DNA of 64,000 bases from Chloroflexota bacterium (GCA_021783095.1 JAJXUG010000001.1:119570-183569); one strand, 5' to 3'. Positions 20,363-28,804 are shown, counted from the stretch's first letter. The notes: a model not told the origin generated them from the letters alone. Translations and numbers: made by a program.

Positions 20363-21168
20363 GCCGTCCCCCTCCGGTCGCGCCAGCCGAGTCGGCGCCC
20401 GATCTCGTCGCCGGCCGCCATCACGGCCGCAGCGACGGCCTCGAACCGGTCCGGGCCCAGCCGATACGTGGGTCCCGAGACGCTCACGGCGGCCACCACG
20501 GCGCCGTCGTGGCCGCGGATGGGTGCGGCGATCGCGTTGAGCCCCACCTCGAGCTCCTCGGTCGTGGAGGCCCAGCCGGACGCCGCCGCGCGGGCCAGCT
20601 CACGCTCGAGGACCGAGCGGTTGGTGATGGTCGCCGGCGTGAAGCGCTCCAGCGGCCGTGCCAGCAGCCGGGCGCGCTCCGCGGGGTCCGCGCTGGCGAG
20701 CAGCACCTTGCCGCTCGAGGTGGCGTGGAGCGGCGTTCGCTGGCCCACCCAGTTCTGCGTGGCGACGGTGGCGCCTCCGAGCACCTGGTCCACGTTGACC
20801 ACAGCGTCGCCCTCAAGCCTGGCCACGTTCACCGTCTCCCCCACCTCGGCGGCGAGGCGCCGCGACACGGACCGGCTCTGTTCCACGAGGTCGAGCCGAC
20901 CCGCGGTGGCGCCAGCGAGCCTGACCAGCCCGAAGCCGAGCCGGTAGCGGCCGCGCTCGCTGACCTGCTCCACGAGGCCGCGAGCCTCGAGGACCGCCAG
21001 CAGCCGGTGCGCGGTGCTCTTGTGGACGCCCAGGGCCGCGGCGAGGTCGGTCACCGCCCCGTCCTCGCGCTCGGCGAGGTACTCGAGCACGTCGATGGCG
21101 CGGTCGACCGACTGGATGACGGCCGGCGACCCGATGACGGCGGCCGCCCCGCTTCGGCCCTCAGCCAT
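20359..21168 (-). CDS. IclR-family transcriptional regulator
   Basis: N-terminal wHTH (SVDRAIDVLEYLAEREDGAVTDLAAALGVHKSTAHRLLAVLEARGLV) and a C-terminal IclR effector domain (GLNAIAAPIRGHDGAVVAAVSVSGP). Confidence 0.85.
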   Translation of the reverse strand: MAEGRSGAAAVIGSPAVIQSVDRAIDVLEYLAEREDGAVTDLAAALGVHKSTAHRLLAVLEARGLVEQVSERGRYRLGFGLVRLAGATAGRLDLVEQSRSVSRRLAAEVGETVNVARLEGDAVVNVDQVLGGATVATQNWVGQRTPLHATSSGKVLLASADPAERARLLARPLERFTPATITNRSVLERELARAAASGWASTTEELEVGLNAIAAPIRGHDGAVVAAVSVSGPTYRLGPDRFEAVAAAVMAAGDEIGRRLGWRDRRGTA

Positions 21169-21550
21169 CGGTGGCTCCCGCTCCCCCGTCGACGCCGGGC
21201 GACATCGCGGCGAACGCCGCCATCAGCGCGGCGCGGGTGCCGCCGAAGGCTTCGGCTGCCTCGTCCGGGCTGGGGTCGGCCCGGCCGGCGAGATCGGGCT
21301 CGGTCCACACCCAGGTCGGGTGGTCGTGCGCCGCCAGCTGGCGGAAGCGCGGCGTCCAGACCTCCGCATCGACCGCGGCCAGGTGGACGACGATCCGGAC
21401 CGGCGTCCACCCGCCATCGTGTCCCGGCGCGGTCGCCGCGTCGCCCAGCCGGTGCACCATGGCGCCCGCCCACTCCGCCGCCTCGCGCAGCGCTGGCAGG
21501 AGGGCGGCGACCTCGGCCCTGGGACCGGGCACCGCGTCGGGCATCGTCAC
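21161..21550 (-). CDS. Small hypothetical protein (about 129 aa), weakly DinB/MDMPI-N-like, translationally wedged between the MttB-family gene and iclR
   Basis: GTG at 21550 overlaps the mttB-family stop (GTGA); an alternative ATG is at 21544. Its 3' end overlaps the iclR start by 8 nt. Coding-like codon bias, no recognisable motif. Confidence 0.4.
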   Translation of the reverse strand: MTMPDAVPGPRAEVAALLPALREAAEWAGAMVHRLGDAATAPGHDGGWTPVRIVVHLAAVDAEVWTPRFRQLAAHDHPTWVWTEPDLAGRADPSPDEAAEAFGGTRAALMAAFAAMSPGVDGGAGATDG

Positions 21551-23088
21551 TCCGCCGCGTCGGGCATCGACGCCTTGCGGCGCGCGACGAAGTCCAGCAG
21601 CGCCTCGTCCACCGCGGGGTCGATGGCCGGCGCCTCGTACTCGGCGAGCATCTTCTTCCAGACCCGGTTGGCCCGCGCCCGGGCGTCAAGCTCGCCGTCC
21701 TCGAGCCACTGCTCGTAGCTGTTGTTGTCGGCGATCTCGGAACGGTAGAACGCGGTCTCGAAGTTCGCCAGGGTGTGCGCCGTGCCCAGGAAGTGCTGCC
21801 CCGGGCCGTTCTCGCGGATGGCGTCGAGCGCCTGCCCGTTCTCGGACAGGTCCACGCCCTTGGCGAACACGCTCATCATCCCGAGCTGGTCCGCGTCCAT
21901 GACGAGCTTCTCGTAGCCGATCGTCAGGCCGCCCTCGAGCCAGCCGGCGGCGTGGAGGACGAAGTTGGTGCCGGCGAGGACCGTGGGCTGGAGCGTGGCC
22001 GCGGACTCGTAGGCCGCCTGCGCGTCCTCGATCTTCGACGCGGTCAGGCTGCCGCCGGAGCGGAACGGGACGCCGAGTCGGCGGGCGAGCGCGGCCATCG
22101 TGTACAGGACGAGCGCGGGCTCCGGGGTGCCGAACGTGGGCGCACCCGACTGCATCGACATCGAGCTCGCGAAGGAGCCGAGGATCACCGGCGCCCCGGG
22201 GCGCACCAGCTGGGCGAGCGTCATGCCTCCCAGCGCCTCGGCCAGCGTCTGCGCCGCCACGCCGGCGGAGGTCACCGGCGCCATCGCGCCGGCCAGGATG
22301 AACGGGGTGACGAGGCAGGCCTGGTTCGCCGCGGCGTAGGTGCGCAGCGAGCCCAGCATCGTGGCGTCCCAGACCAGCGGCGAGTTCGCGTTGATCAGGC
22401 TGGTGACGACCGCGTTCTGGTCGACGAAGTCCGCGCCGAACACGATCTTCGCCATCTCGACGGTGTCGGCGGCGCGCTCGGGCGCCGTGACCGAGCCCAT
22501 GAACGGCTTGTCCGAGTAGCGGATGTGGGCGTAGACCATGTCGAGGTGGCGCTTGTTGACGGCCACGTCGGTGGGCTCGCACACCGTGCCACCCGAGTGG
22601 TGCAGATGCGGCGAGGCGTAGGCGAGCTTGACGAAGTTCTCGAAGTCCTGGAGCGTCGCGTAGCGTCGGCCGCCGTCGAGGTCGCGCACGAACGGCGAGC
22701 CGTAGTTGGGCGCGAAGACCGTGTTCATCCCGCCGATCGTCACGCTGCGCTCAGGGTTCCGAGCGTGCTGCACGTAGGTGCGCGGGGCGCTCGCCTGGAC
22801 GATGGAGCGGCACAGCCCGGCCGGGAACCGGACGCGCTCGCCCTGGACATCTGCGCCGGCGCCGCGCAGCAGGCGCAGCGCCTCCGGGTCGCCGCGGAAC
22901 TCGAGGCCCACCTCCTGGAGGATCACGTCGGCGTTGTGCTCGATGAGCGAGAGGCCCTCCTCGGAGAGCACCTCGAACGGCGCCATGGTCCGGGTGAGGA
23001 ACGGGAGGCGTGCCACGGCGGCATGGGCGCGGGCCGCCTGCCGCCCGGCACGACCGCCGCTGCGGCGGTTGTGGAGATCGTCGGTCAT
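21547..23088 (-). CDS. MttB-superfamily (trimethylamine-methyltransferase-like) quaternary-amine:corrinoid methyltransferase, non-pyrrolysine type (MtgB/MtcB/MtpB-like)
   Basis: 513-aa TIM-barrel MttB family. The frame is continuous with no in-frame amber codon, so it is a non-Pyl member. ATG at 23088 lies 3 nt after a perfect AGGAGG (revcomp of ttcctcctcg at 23091-23100). The 1031-aa ORF is an over-extension. Confidence 0.85.
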   Translation of the reverse strand: MTDDLHNRRSGGRAGRQAARAHAAVARLPFLTRTMAPFEVLSEEGLSLIEHNADVILQEVGLEFRGDPEALRLLRGAGADVQGERVRFPAGLCRSIVQASAPRTYVQHARNPERSVTIGGMNTVFAPNYGSPFVRDLDGGRRYATLQDFENFVKLAYASPHLHHSGGTVCEPTDVAVNKRHLDMVYAHIRYSDKPFMGSVTAPERAADTVEMAKIVFGADFVDQNAVVTSLINANSPLVWDATMLGSLRTYAAANQACLVTPFILAGAMAPVTSAGVAAQTLAEALGGMTLAQLVRPGAPVILGSFASSMSMQSGAPTFGTPEPALVLYTMAALARRLGVPFRSGGSLTASKIEDAQAAYESAATLQPTVLAGTNFVLHAAGWLEGGLTIGYEKLVMDADQLGMMSVFAKGVDLSENGQALDAIRENGPGQHFLGTAHTLANFETAFYRSEIADNNSYEQWLEDGELDARARANRVWKKMLAEYEAPAIDPAVDEALLDFVARRKASMPDAAE

Positions 23089-25124
23089 CGTTCCTCCTCG
23101 TCGGCGGCGACGGGCTGGCGCCGCCGACGTCGTTCCGTTCGCTCGTCCCAGCCCGCGCGGCCCGCCACCGGCCGTGCCGGCAATTCGACGACTCGCGCCA
23201 GGTTCGGGTATTCGGCACTGCGGTGCGGGATCGCCAGCGCGTCGACGAAGTGCTCCTGGAATCGGGGCTCGATCGCGGTCTCGAGCTTGTGGACCTCGCG
23301 CACGACGGTCTCGATCTCGCGGCGGGCGGCGCCCGACAGCAGCGCGATGAGGGCCCCGGCGCCCGCAGCGTTGCCCACCGAGCGGACGCGCGCGAGGTCG
23401 CAGTCGGGCACCAGGCCCAGCACCATGGCATGGGTCGTGTCGATGTGGCTGCCGAAAGCGCCCGCGAGGCGGACCTCGTCCACCGCGTCCACGCCGTAGG
23501 CGTCCATCAGCAGCCGGGCGCCAGCGTAGAGGGCTGCCTTCGCGAGCTGGACGGCCCGCACGTCGCTCTGGGTGACCACGACGCACGGCTCGCCCTCGTG
23601 GAGGACATAGGCGAAGGTGCGCCCGTCGGGGATCACGCGCTGCGTGCGGGCTGCCAGCGCCCCGTCGATGATCCCGTCCGCGGTGATGACGCCCGCGAGG
23701 AACAGCTCGGCGATCACCTCGATGATCCCCGAGCCGCAGATGCCGGTGATCCCGGTGCCGGCCGTGGCCTCGGCGAAGCCGGGCTCGTCGGACCACAGCG
23801 CCGAGCCGATGACGCGGAAGCGCGGCTCGAGGGTGTCGCGGTCGATGCGGACGCGCTCGACGGCGCCGGGCGCGGCGCGCTGGCCGGACGAGATCTGCGC
23901 GCCCTCGAAGGCGGGGCCGGTGGGGCTCGAGGCGGCGAGCAGGCGGTGCCGGTTGCCCAGCACGAGCTCCGCGTTGGTCCCCACGTCCACGATGAGCGTG
24001 ACGGCCTCGGCGAGGTGCGGCTGCTCGGAGAGGATGACGCCGGCCGTGTCGGCGCCGACGTGCCCGGCGATGCAGGGCAGGACGTAGACGCGGGCCCCGG
24101 GGTGGACGCCGAGCTTGAGCTCGGCGGCGGTGGCGTGGACCGCGCGCTCCGTCGCCAGCGTGAACGGCGCCTGGCCGAGCGGCGTCGGGTCGAGGCCCAG
24201 CACGAGGTGGTGCATGATCGGGTTGCCGACCAGCGCGATCTCGAGGATCTCGTCGCGCGCCACGCCGGCCGCGATGGCCAGGCTGCCGATGAGGTCGCGC
24301 AGCGCCGTCCGGACCGCGGCGGTCATCTCGGCCGCGCCCCGCTCGTGGAGCATCGCGTACGAGACGCGGCTCATCAGGTCCTCGCCGAACCTGATCTGCG
24401 GGTTCATCACGCCGGCCGAGGCCAGCACCGACCCGTCGAGCAGGCTGGCCAGGTGGGCGGCAATCGTGGTCGACCCGATGTCCACCGCCACGCCGTACGC
24501 GCGGTCGCGGAAGCCCGGCCACGCGGCGATCAGCGTCCGCCCGTCGTGGACCGCGACCGTCACCTTGCCGCCGCCGCTCTCGACCGCGGCCTGGAGCGCG
24601 CGCGTCGCCGCGAGGTCCGCACCGAGGTCGTGGATCCCCCACTCGCGGGCCAGCGCCTCCTGCACCCGGGCGAGGTCCGAGGCCGGCGAAGCCAGGTCCG
24701 GCAGGGCGGCCTCGACGTAGTGGAGCCGGGTGACCGGGTCGAGGTCGAACGGGCGGACCTCGAGCTCCTTGCGCACCACCTGGCGGTGGACCTGGGAGCT
24801 GGCCGGCACGTCGATGACCGCGTCGCCCAGCAGCTCGGCCGTGCAGGCGAGCCGGCGCCTGGGCGCCAGGCCCTTGCGCGCCGCGTAGTCGGCCTCCACC
24901 GCGTCGGGCGCCGAGATGTGCGCCGGATCCGAGGCGATGCCGTGCTTGGGGAACGCGCCGACGCTCTGCTCCACCTGGCAGCGGCCGCAGATGCCCCGGC
25001 CGCCGCAGACCGAATCGATGTCCACGCCCAGCTTCCGGGCCGCGTCGAGCACGGTCGTGCCCGCGGGGAAGTGCCCCCGGCGGCCCGAGGGCGTGAAGAT
25101 CAGCAGGGGATCGGGCGATCCCAC
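23085..25124 (-). CDS. Corrinoid reductive activase (RACo-type: N-terminal plant-type [2Fe-2S] ferredoxin plus ASKHA ATPase/DUF4445)
   Basis: CGGRGICGRCQV...C ferredoxin cysteine pattern at the N-terminus. Large ASKHA-fold C-terminal domain with VDIGSTTIAAHL and VDVGTNAELVLG phosphate loops. Its stop overlaps the MttB start (ATGA at 23085-23088). Confidence 0.85.
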   Translation of the reverse strand: MGSPDPLLIFTPSGRRGHFPAGTTVLDAARKLGVDIDSVCGGRGICGRCQVEQSVGAFPKHGIASDPAHISAPDAVEADYAARKGLAPRRRLACTAELLGDAVIDVPASSQVHRQVVRKELEVRPFDLDPVTRLHYVEAALPDLASPASDLARVQEALAREWGIHDLGADLAATRALQAAVESGGGKVTVAVHDGRTLIAAWPGFRDRAYGVAVDIGSTTIAAHLASLLDGSVLASAGVMNPQIRFGEDLMSRVSYAMLHERGAAEMTAAVRTALRDLIGSLAIAAGVARDEILEIALVGNPIMHHLVLGLDPTPLGQAPFTLATERAVHATAAELKLGVHPGARVYVLPCIAGHVGADTAGVILSEQPHLAEAVTLIVDVGTNAELVLGNRHRLLAASSPTGPAFEGAQISSGQRAAPGAVERVRIDRDTLEPRFRVIGSALWSDEPGFAEATAGTGITGICGSGIIEVIAELFLAGVITADGIIDGALAARTQRVIPDGRTFAYVLHEGEPCVVVTQSDVRAVQLAKAALYAGARLLMDAYGVDAVDEVRLAGAFGSHIDTTHAMVLGLVPDCDLARVRSVGNAAGAGALIALLSGAARREIETVVREVHKLETAIEPRFQEHFVDALAIPHRSAEYPNLARVVELPARPVAGRAGWDERTERRRRRQPVAADEEER

Positions 25125-25139
25125 GTCGGGGCTCGGGCC

Positions 25140-26057
25140 TCAGCCGGCGGTGACCGCGGCACCCGCCCGGCGCCGGTTGACGCGCCGCTCGCGGCCGTCG
25201 GCCGCCTCGCCGGTGGGATCCCGGTTGGCGCGGATCCAGGCGGCGGCGTCGGCGTCGTTGCCGAGTAGCACGTCGGCGGCCATGATCGATTTGCGCACGT
25301 CGGGCAGCAGCGGGTTGGTGATCGCCGAGGTCAGGCCGTTGCTGATGGCCATGGCCAGGAACGCCGAGTTGACCCCCTCGCGGGCCGGCAGGCCGAAGCT
25401 GACGTTCGAGGCGCCGCAGGTGGTGTTCACCTTGAGCTCGTCGCGCAGCCGGTTGAGCAGGGCGAACACCTGGCGGCCGGCGGTGCGCATGGCGCCGATG
25501 GGCATGACCAGCGGGTCCACGATCACGTCCTCGCGCGGGATGCCGTGGTCGGCGGCGCGCTCGACGATCCGCTTGGCCACCGCGAACCGCACGTCCGGGT
25601 CGGTCGAGATGCCCGTGTCGTCGTTGGAGATGGCGACCACTGCCGCGCCGTACTTGCGGACCAGCGGCAGGACGCGCTCCATGCGCTCCTCCTCGCCGGT
25701 CACCGAGTTGACCAGCGCCTTGCCCTGGTAGACCGAGAGTCCCGCCTCGAGCGCGTCCATGACCGACGAGTCGATCGACAGCGGCAGGTCGGTCAGCGAC
25801 TGGACCAGCTTGACCGTGCGGGCGAGGATCCCGGGCTCGTCCGCGAGCGGGATGCCCGCGTTGACGTCGAGCATGTGGGCGCCGGCCTCGACCTGGGCGA
25901 TGACGTCGCGCTCGACCCGGCTGAAGTCGCCGTTGCGCATCTCCTCGCCCAGGAGCTTGCGCCCGGTGGGGTTGATCCGCTCGCCGATGACCACGAACGG
26001 GAGGTCACCGCTGATGACCACCTCGCGGGTCGCCGAGCTGATGACGGTGCGGGTCAT
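25140..26057 (-). CDS. Pterin-binding (DHPS-like TIM barrel) methyl-corrinoid:tetrahydrofolate methyltransferase (MtgA/MtqA/AcsE-like MT2)
   Basis: FVVIGERINPTG...DVNAG...LSIDS...ALVNSV...ISND pterin-binding domain pattern (PF00809-like), 305 aa. Overlaps the upstream DUF1638 gene by 4 nt. Confidence 0.8.
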   Translation of the reverse strand: MTRTVISSATREVVISGDLPFVVIGERINPTGRKLLGEEMRNGDFSRVERDVIAQVEAGAHMLDVNAGIPLADEPGILARTVKLVQSLTDLPLSIDSSVMDALEAGLSVYQGKALVNSVTGEEERMERVLPLVRKYGAAVVAISNDDTGISTDPDVRFAVAKRIVERAADHGIPREDVIVDPLVMPIGAMRTAGRQVFALLNRLRDELKVNTTCGASNVSFGLPAREGVNSAFLAMAISNGLTSAITNPLLPDVRKSIMAADVLLGNDADAAAWIRANRDPTGEAADGRERRVNRRRAGAAVTAG

Positions 26058-26902
26058 GGGGCCTCCGTGGGGACTGGCGCCGGGGATGCGGTCGGCGTGG
26101 CGGGTGGTGCGGCCGCGAAGCCGCGGCTGGCGGTGAGCGCAGCGAGGCGCGCGCGGGGGAACTCGGCTTCGATCCGCAGGGGCAGCATCGCCTTGGCCGT
26201 GCGGCGGCCCTCCTTGGCCGCCACTCCTGCCTCGGCCTGCTCGCGCCCTTCGCCCGCCTTCCTCGCGGGCCCGCCGGCCAGACGCGCCATCGCGCTGCCG
26301 AGCTCGCCGTAGCCCGTCGGCCGATGCTCGAACGCCAGCCCGAGCCGGACGGCCGCCCGGCGCGCCAACTCGAGGACTTCCGGGTCGTCATGCTGCGATA
26401 GGTAGACCACGCGCTGATAGCCCGCGAAGTACACAGGCAGCAACTCCGGGTGGCGGTCGAGCCCGAGGCCGCGGACCACGAGCGCCTCGAAGCTGCGGGC
26501 CAGGAAGTCGGTCAGGTAGAAGGTCCCGGGCTCCTCGGCCGCCAGCGCGGCGAACTCGGCGAGTCCCGTGAAGGTGGCGTAGCAGTGGGCGCCCGGCAGC
26601 CGATCAGCGCCGTGCCTGGCCAGCACCGTGTCGAGCGCACCGGCCGTGCCGCAGTCGGCGTACGCCACGAACACCCGGTCGTAGCCGTCCGCGAGCTGAG
26701 CGAGCTTCGCGTCGACCGCTGGCGCAATCTGCTCCGGGCGGTTGTGGAGCTGCGCGGGCAGGCAGCGCACGTCGACGGCCCCGGCCAGCCCGTTGCGCTC
26801 GACGAGCTCGAGCAGCTCGCGGGCGAGCGCGCCGCAGCCCACGACGAGCGTCGGGGCGAGGGCTTCGGAGGACGCCGTCGGCCGGAGCCCGCGATCGGTC
26901 AT
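26054..26902 (-). CDS. DUF1638 domain protein (accessory protein recurrently linked to corrinoid methyltransferase systems)
   Basis: Start MTDRGLRP at 26902, overlapping the corrinoid-protein stop (ATGA). C-terminal Ala/Pro-rich tail. The 528-aa ORF from 27640 runs in a different frame over the corrinoid gene and is an artefact. Confidence 0.65.
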   Translation of the reverse strand: MTDRGLRPTASSEALAPTLVVGCGALARELLELVERNGLAGAVDVRCLPAQLHNRPEQIAPAVDAKLAQLADGYDRVFVAYADCGTAGALDTVLARHGADRLPGAHCYATFTGLAEFAALAAEEPGTFYLTDFLARSFEALVVRGLGLDRHPELLPVYFAGYQRVVYLSQHDDPEVLELARRAAVRLGLAFEHRPTGYGELGSAMARLAGGPARKAGEGREQAEAGVAAKEGRRTAKAMLPLRIEAEFPRARLAALTASRGFAAAPPATPTASPAPVPTEAP

Positions 26903-27576
26903 GCGACGAACTTGCGGGCCGTTTCTGCCGCGATCGCGGCGTCGCGGCAGTAGGCGTCGGCACCGACCGCCATCGCGAACTCCTCGTTGAGCGGCGCGCC
27001 GCCCACGAGGACCACGTACTTGTCGCGGATGCCGCGGTCCTTGAGCGCCTGGATCACGACCTTCATGTACGGCATCGTGGTCGTCAGCAGCGCGGACATG
27101 CCGAGGATGTCGGCCTTGTGCTCCTCGAGCGCGGCCAGGAACTTGTCGGCGTCCGTGTTGACGCCGAGGTCGACGACGTCGAAGCCGGCGCCCTCGAGCA
27201 TCATCCCGACCAGGTTCTTGCCGATGTCGTGGATGTCCCCCTTCACGGTGCCGATGACGACCTTGCCGACCGGCTTGGCGCCCGTCTCGGCGAGCAGCGG
27301 GCGGAGCACCGCCATGCCGGCCTTCATCGCGTTGGCGGCGAGCAGCACCTCGGGGACGAACAGGATCCCGTCGCGGAAGTCGACGCCGACGATGCGCATG
27401 CCCTCGACGAGCGCCTCGGCCAGCACCTTGTCCGCGCCCCAGCCTCGCCCGAGGAGGACCTTCGTGCCCTCGACCGTCTCGGGCGCGAGCCCGTCGTAAA
27501 GGTCGTCGTGCATCTGGCTGACCAGTTCCTCGTCGCTCAGCGAGGCGAGGTCGAGTTCCTGCTCGTCGGTTCCCAT
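26899..27576 (-). CDS. Cobalamin-binding corrinoid protein (MtgC/MttC-like; B12-binding cap plus Rossmann domain)
   Basis: DxHxxG motif GDIHDIGKN with downstream SALLTTT and GGA motifs. 225 aa from MGTDEQ (27576); the 323-aa ORF is over-extended. Confidence 0.85.
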   Translation of the reverse strand: MGTDEQELDLASLSDEELVSQMHDDLYDGLAPETVEGTKVLLGRGWGADKVLAEALVEGMRIVGVDFRDGILFVPEVLLAANAMKAGMAVLRPLLAETGAKPVGKVVIGTVKGDIHDIGKNLVGMMLEGAGFDVVDLGVNTDADKFLAALEEHKADILGMSALLTTTMPYMKVVIQALKDRGIRDKYVVLVGGAPLNEEFAMAVGADAYCRDAAIAAETARKFVA

Positions 27577-27946
27577 TGGCTCCTGCCGGTGACGCTGTGT
27601 AGCGGATGGCGCAACGAGTTGCGGATTGCGCAACGGACAATAGACGAGAGCCGCGGCTCTGTCCAGACGGTATCGCGCTGCGGGCGGTCGCTGGGTGCGC
27701 GAGCCGGACGATCCGGGCGTCGGTTCGATCGCGCTGGCGTCGCCGGGATCCTCCGCATCGCGCGCCGCTCCCGATCGGATCCTCCAGATCGCCTCCGGGG
27801 GGCGCTTCGCCCCGTCGGCCAGATTGGCGGGCGCCTGCTCGTGCGTGAGCCGGCCGACGCTGGCGCCCATATCGCCTGCCGGGGGCGATTTGGCGGGATT
27901 CGCTTGGCTAAGCGCCGCCGAGAGGCGAAATGGCGGGGGCGGTGCG

Positions 27947-28010
27947 GCGCGGAGCCCGCACGCGGCGCGGAGCCCGCACGCGGCGCGGAGCCCGCACGCG
28001 GCGCGGAGCC
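27947..28010. repeat. Tandem repeat, 18-bp unit GCGCGGAGCCCGCACGCG x 3.6, inside a 470-bp intergenic region
   Basis: Three perfect head-to-tail copies at 27947-27964, 27965-27982 and 27983-28000, plus a 10-nt partial fourth copy. Read directly from the sequence. Confidence 0.7.
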
Positions 28011-28046
28011 TGGACGCCGAGCTTCGCGCCCAGGTGCGACGGGCCG

Positions 28047-28724
28047 CTAGGCGGCGGGGACGGAGTCGCCGCCTCGGTCGGCCGCCGAGAGGCGCTCCTC
28101 CGTGTACCGGTAGTGGGCGGCGACCGCGTCCGTTGCGCGCTGCGGATCCCGGGCCCCGATGGCGTCGGCGATGTGGCGGTGGACCTCGACGGGCGGAATC
28201 CAGGCGAGCGATGACCGCGTCGCCACCGCGGTCCGCATCAGCAGGACGGTCTGGGACGCCAGCTGCTCGAAGACCGCCAGGAGGCGGCCGTTGCCGGACA
28301 GCCGGCAGTAGCTGCGGTGGAACTCCATGTCGGCGTCCCAGGCTGCGGCGAGGTCGGGGCCCCGGTAGGCGTCCTCGACCACCTCGAGGGCCGCCCTGAG
28401 GTCGGTGAGCTCCTCGTCGGTGGCGTGGGAGATCGCGAGCCGCACCGCGACCTCCTCGATCGCCCGGCGGATGACGTACACCTCGTTGAGATCGGCCTCG
28501 GTCAGGCTGCTGACGAACGTCCCGCGTCGGGGAAGGTCAACTGCGAGACCCGTGCGGGCGAGCTCGGTGAGGGCGTCCCGGATAGGCCCGCGCGAGACGC
28601 CGAATCGGTCCGCGAGCTCGGTCTCGACCAGTCTCGAGCCCGCAGGAAGGCGCCCCTCGAGAATCTCGTCGCGCAGCTGGTCCGCAACTGCCTGCCAGAG
28701 TTGCTTGTGGTCGATCGTGGCCAT
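28047..28724 (-). CDS. GntR-family transcriptional regulator (FadR subfamily with FCD effector domain)
   Basis: wHTH (LVETELADRFGVSRGPIRDALTELARTGL) plus an all-helical C-terminal FCD-like domain. Divergent from the DMGO-like gene. Confidence 0.85.
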   Translation of the reverse strand: MATIDHKQLWQAVADQLRDEILEGRLPAGSRLVETELADRFGVSRGPIRDALTELARTGLAVDLPRRGTFVSSLTEADLNEVYVIRRAIEEVAVRLAISHATDEELTDLRAALEVVEDAYRGPDLAAAWDADMEFHRSYCRLSGNGRLLAVFEQLASQTVLLMRTAVATRSSLAWIPPVEVHRHIADAIGARDPQRATDAVAAHYRYTEERLSAADRGGDSVPAA

Positions 28725-28777
28725 CGGCTCCCAGCTTTCGCAGCGGTCACGAGCCGCGCGTCTCGCTCGCCAGATTG

Positions 28778-28804
28778 ACTGTTGACAGAAAGATTGTCAA
28801 CAGT
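28778..28804. promoter_or_regulatory. Perfect 10-7-10 inverted repeat ACTGTTGACA-gaaagat-TGTCAACAGT in the gntR/dmgO divergent promoter region (candidate GntR operator; contains TTGACA)
   Basis: Exact inverted repeat in an AT-richer stretch between gntR (start 28724) and the DMGO-like gene (start 28996). Flanked by direct repeats GATTGAC/GATTGTC. Confidence 0.5.

Noticed and set aside
21547-23088. Pyrrolysine-dependent trimethylamine methyltransferase (true MttB).
   Set aside because: The reading frame is uninterrupted with no internal UAG, and no pylTSBCD genes are nearby. It is assigned to the non-Pyl MttB superfamily clade.
27947-28010. CRISPR array, considered because of the tandem repeats here and at 9988-10021 and 59625-59657.
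   Set aside because: The units are 11-18 bp, directly abutting with no spacers, and have only 2-4 copies. This is not CRISPR-like.
27577-28046. Cobalamin riboswitch in the long leader of the corrinoid operon.
   Set aside because: I looked on the transcribed (minus) strand for the B12-box core (GCCACUG, which would read CAGTGGC on plus) and the GGTGC…GAAA…GGGAA pattern. Neither is present, so I do not call a riboswitch. A covariance-model scan would be decisive.
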